Position numbers and translations under genes: made by a program. From contig MTSL01000191.1 in assembly GCA_002794465.1 (NCBI GenBank), positions 65,113-84,207 on the forward strand: a stretch of DNA of 19,095 nucleotides. Direction: 5' to 3'. Within the stretch, counting starts at the first letter, position 1; every line of letters starts with the position of its first letter. The notes beneath the pieces were generated by a model. That model was not told where the DNA came from and searched no databases. It worked only from the letters and a program-made list of their open reading frames with translations. Of this stretch, positions 18,034 through 19,095 are shown piece by piece. The stretch comes from Paramicrosporidium saccamoebae KSL3. Lineage: Eukaryota > Fungi > Cryptomycota.

Positions 18034-18843
18034 ATGTCTTGCCTAGAACACAAAAAATGCCCTACCGGCTTTTGTAAGGCAGGAAAGTGCGTAAATCCTG
18101 GTGCAGACGACCCATGTTTTGGCGAATATGATCCTTCTGGCCACGATACCTGTCCCGCTGGCTTCAAGTGTCACATAAGCGATGAACGATGCAGGGTAGA
18201 AGGCTACAAACCCCCGTTTTCTTGCAGTTCAGATCGCGATTGCGGGGTTAGTTATTTCTGTAACAGGAGTGGCAGCTGTGAATTTCGCACTATAGTGAGC
18301 TGCTCTAGCCGAAAATGTATGGATGGCTACGACTGCGTGGATAACAAATGTGTCCAACGGTGCTTTTCTCAGGATGACTGTTTCTTTGACCATGAGGTCT
18401 GTCAGCCAGGTCCATTGAGTGGTTTCAACGTTTGTGTTTCAAATAAAACGTCCAAGCCTATCAAACCTACTAAGCCAATTTCCCCTGTCAAGCCCGTCAA
18501 GCCATCCAAACCCACTAAACCAGTCTCGCCTTCTGGGCCTACAAGCTCGACCGGTGGCTACAGCACAACCGCTTTGGCATTGTTTGGCGTAGGATTCTTT
18601 ATCCTCGTCGCTGTCCTGGCTCTTGTGATTAGAAAATGTTGTCGTAAAAAGAGCGATCCTCAAGTGGTCCAGGCGCAGCAGTATTATCCACACCCGTCTT
18701 CCCCATCGATGCCTGTTTATCAGTCTCCAACCTACCAGTCTAGCTATCCTACGCAACACATGACTCATGATGCAACTCTTCCCAGTTATTCAGAGGTGCA
18801 GTCGCAGGCTTACCAAAGCCCATCATACAGTGAGAAGAGATAG
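18034..18843 (+). CDS. Cys-rich single-pass membrane protein of unknown function, 269 aa (5' end possibly incomplete)
   Basis: 20 Cys in five 4-Cys modules, a Pro/Lys stalk (KPIKPTKPISPVKPVKPSKPTKP), TM helix ALALFGVGFFILVAVLALVI, RKCCRKK and a Tyr/Pro/Ser tail with LPSY. Confidence 0.8.
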   Translation: MSCLEHKKCPTGFCKAGKCVNPGADDPCFGEYDPSGHDTCPAGFKCHISDERCRVEGYKPPFSCSSDRDCGVSYFCNRSGSCEFRTIVSCSSRKCMDGYDCVDNKCVQRCFSQDDCFFDHEVCQPGPLSGFNVCVSNKTSKPIKPTKPISPVKPVKPSKPTKPVSPSGPTSSTGGYSTTALALFGVGFFILVAVLALVIRKCCRKKSDPQVVQAQQYYPHPSSPSMPVYQSPTYQSSYPTQHMTHDATLPSYSEVQSQAYQSPSYSEKR

Positions 18844-19095
18844 GTTTACTTAGGTAATTTATTGCCGGAATTTATGTTTTGATAAAGTACATTTATGCAC
18901 GAGCTGTTTGACCATTGATGGAAATGGCCTAATGCGGGTATCTTTTTCCAAGCGTACAGTGCGCCTTGGCTGGCCCGAACAAAGAGCTGTTGATGCTCCG
19001 TGCAGAGTGCTTATTTCAGTATCAGCATCCAAATCCTGCAATGGGTTTGTGACGTAGAAGACTGATTAGTATGTCTTTTGGAAATAGTTCTCTAG

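Noticed and set aside
18859-19095. 3' end of a minus-strand gene at the window edge
   Set aside because: All three frames have stops, the 60-aa ORF starts at TTG, no motif is recognised, and no intron fits the local rule.
1-19095. tRNA, rRNA, snRNA genes, transposons or recoded stop codons
   Set aside because: No T-loop/B-box, U-snRNA, transposase/RT motif or terminal repeat was recognised. In-frame stops in conserved genes are all explained by small introns.

Overview
Gene-dense eukaryotic window. It is fungal-like, most consistent with a compact early-diverging fungus or Rozellomycota-type genome (inference from tiny introns, short spacers and protein similarity; not proven). Twelve genes are well supported: 3' end of mitochondrial RNA polymerase (RPO41), SNF7, RPL7, aminopeptidase P, GCV2, FIP1, profilin, a flavin oxidoreductase, two tandem secreted pepsin-fold proteins, an RNF115/126-like RING-H2 ligase and PMR1. 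There is also an unannotated Cys-rich single-pass membrane protein. Highlights: (1) both pepsin-fold paralogs lack both catalytic Asp, i.e. secreted pseudoproteases, with a 35-bp TGACGT/CCAAT-containing array upstream of one; (2) six introns of 28-46 nt all place the branch A exactly 8 nt from the 3' end, and one needs a GC donor; (3) the RPL7 3' end has been duplicated twice; (4) several spacers carry their own unrelated tandem repeats. No tRNA, rRNA, CRISPR or transposon was recognised.
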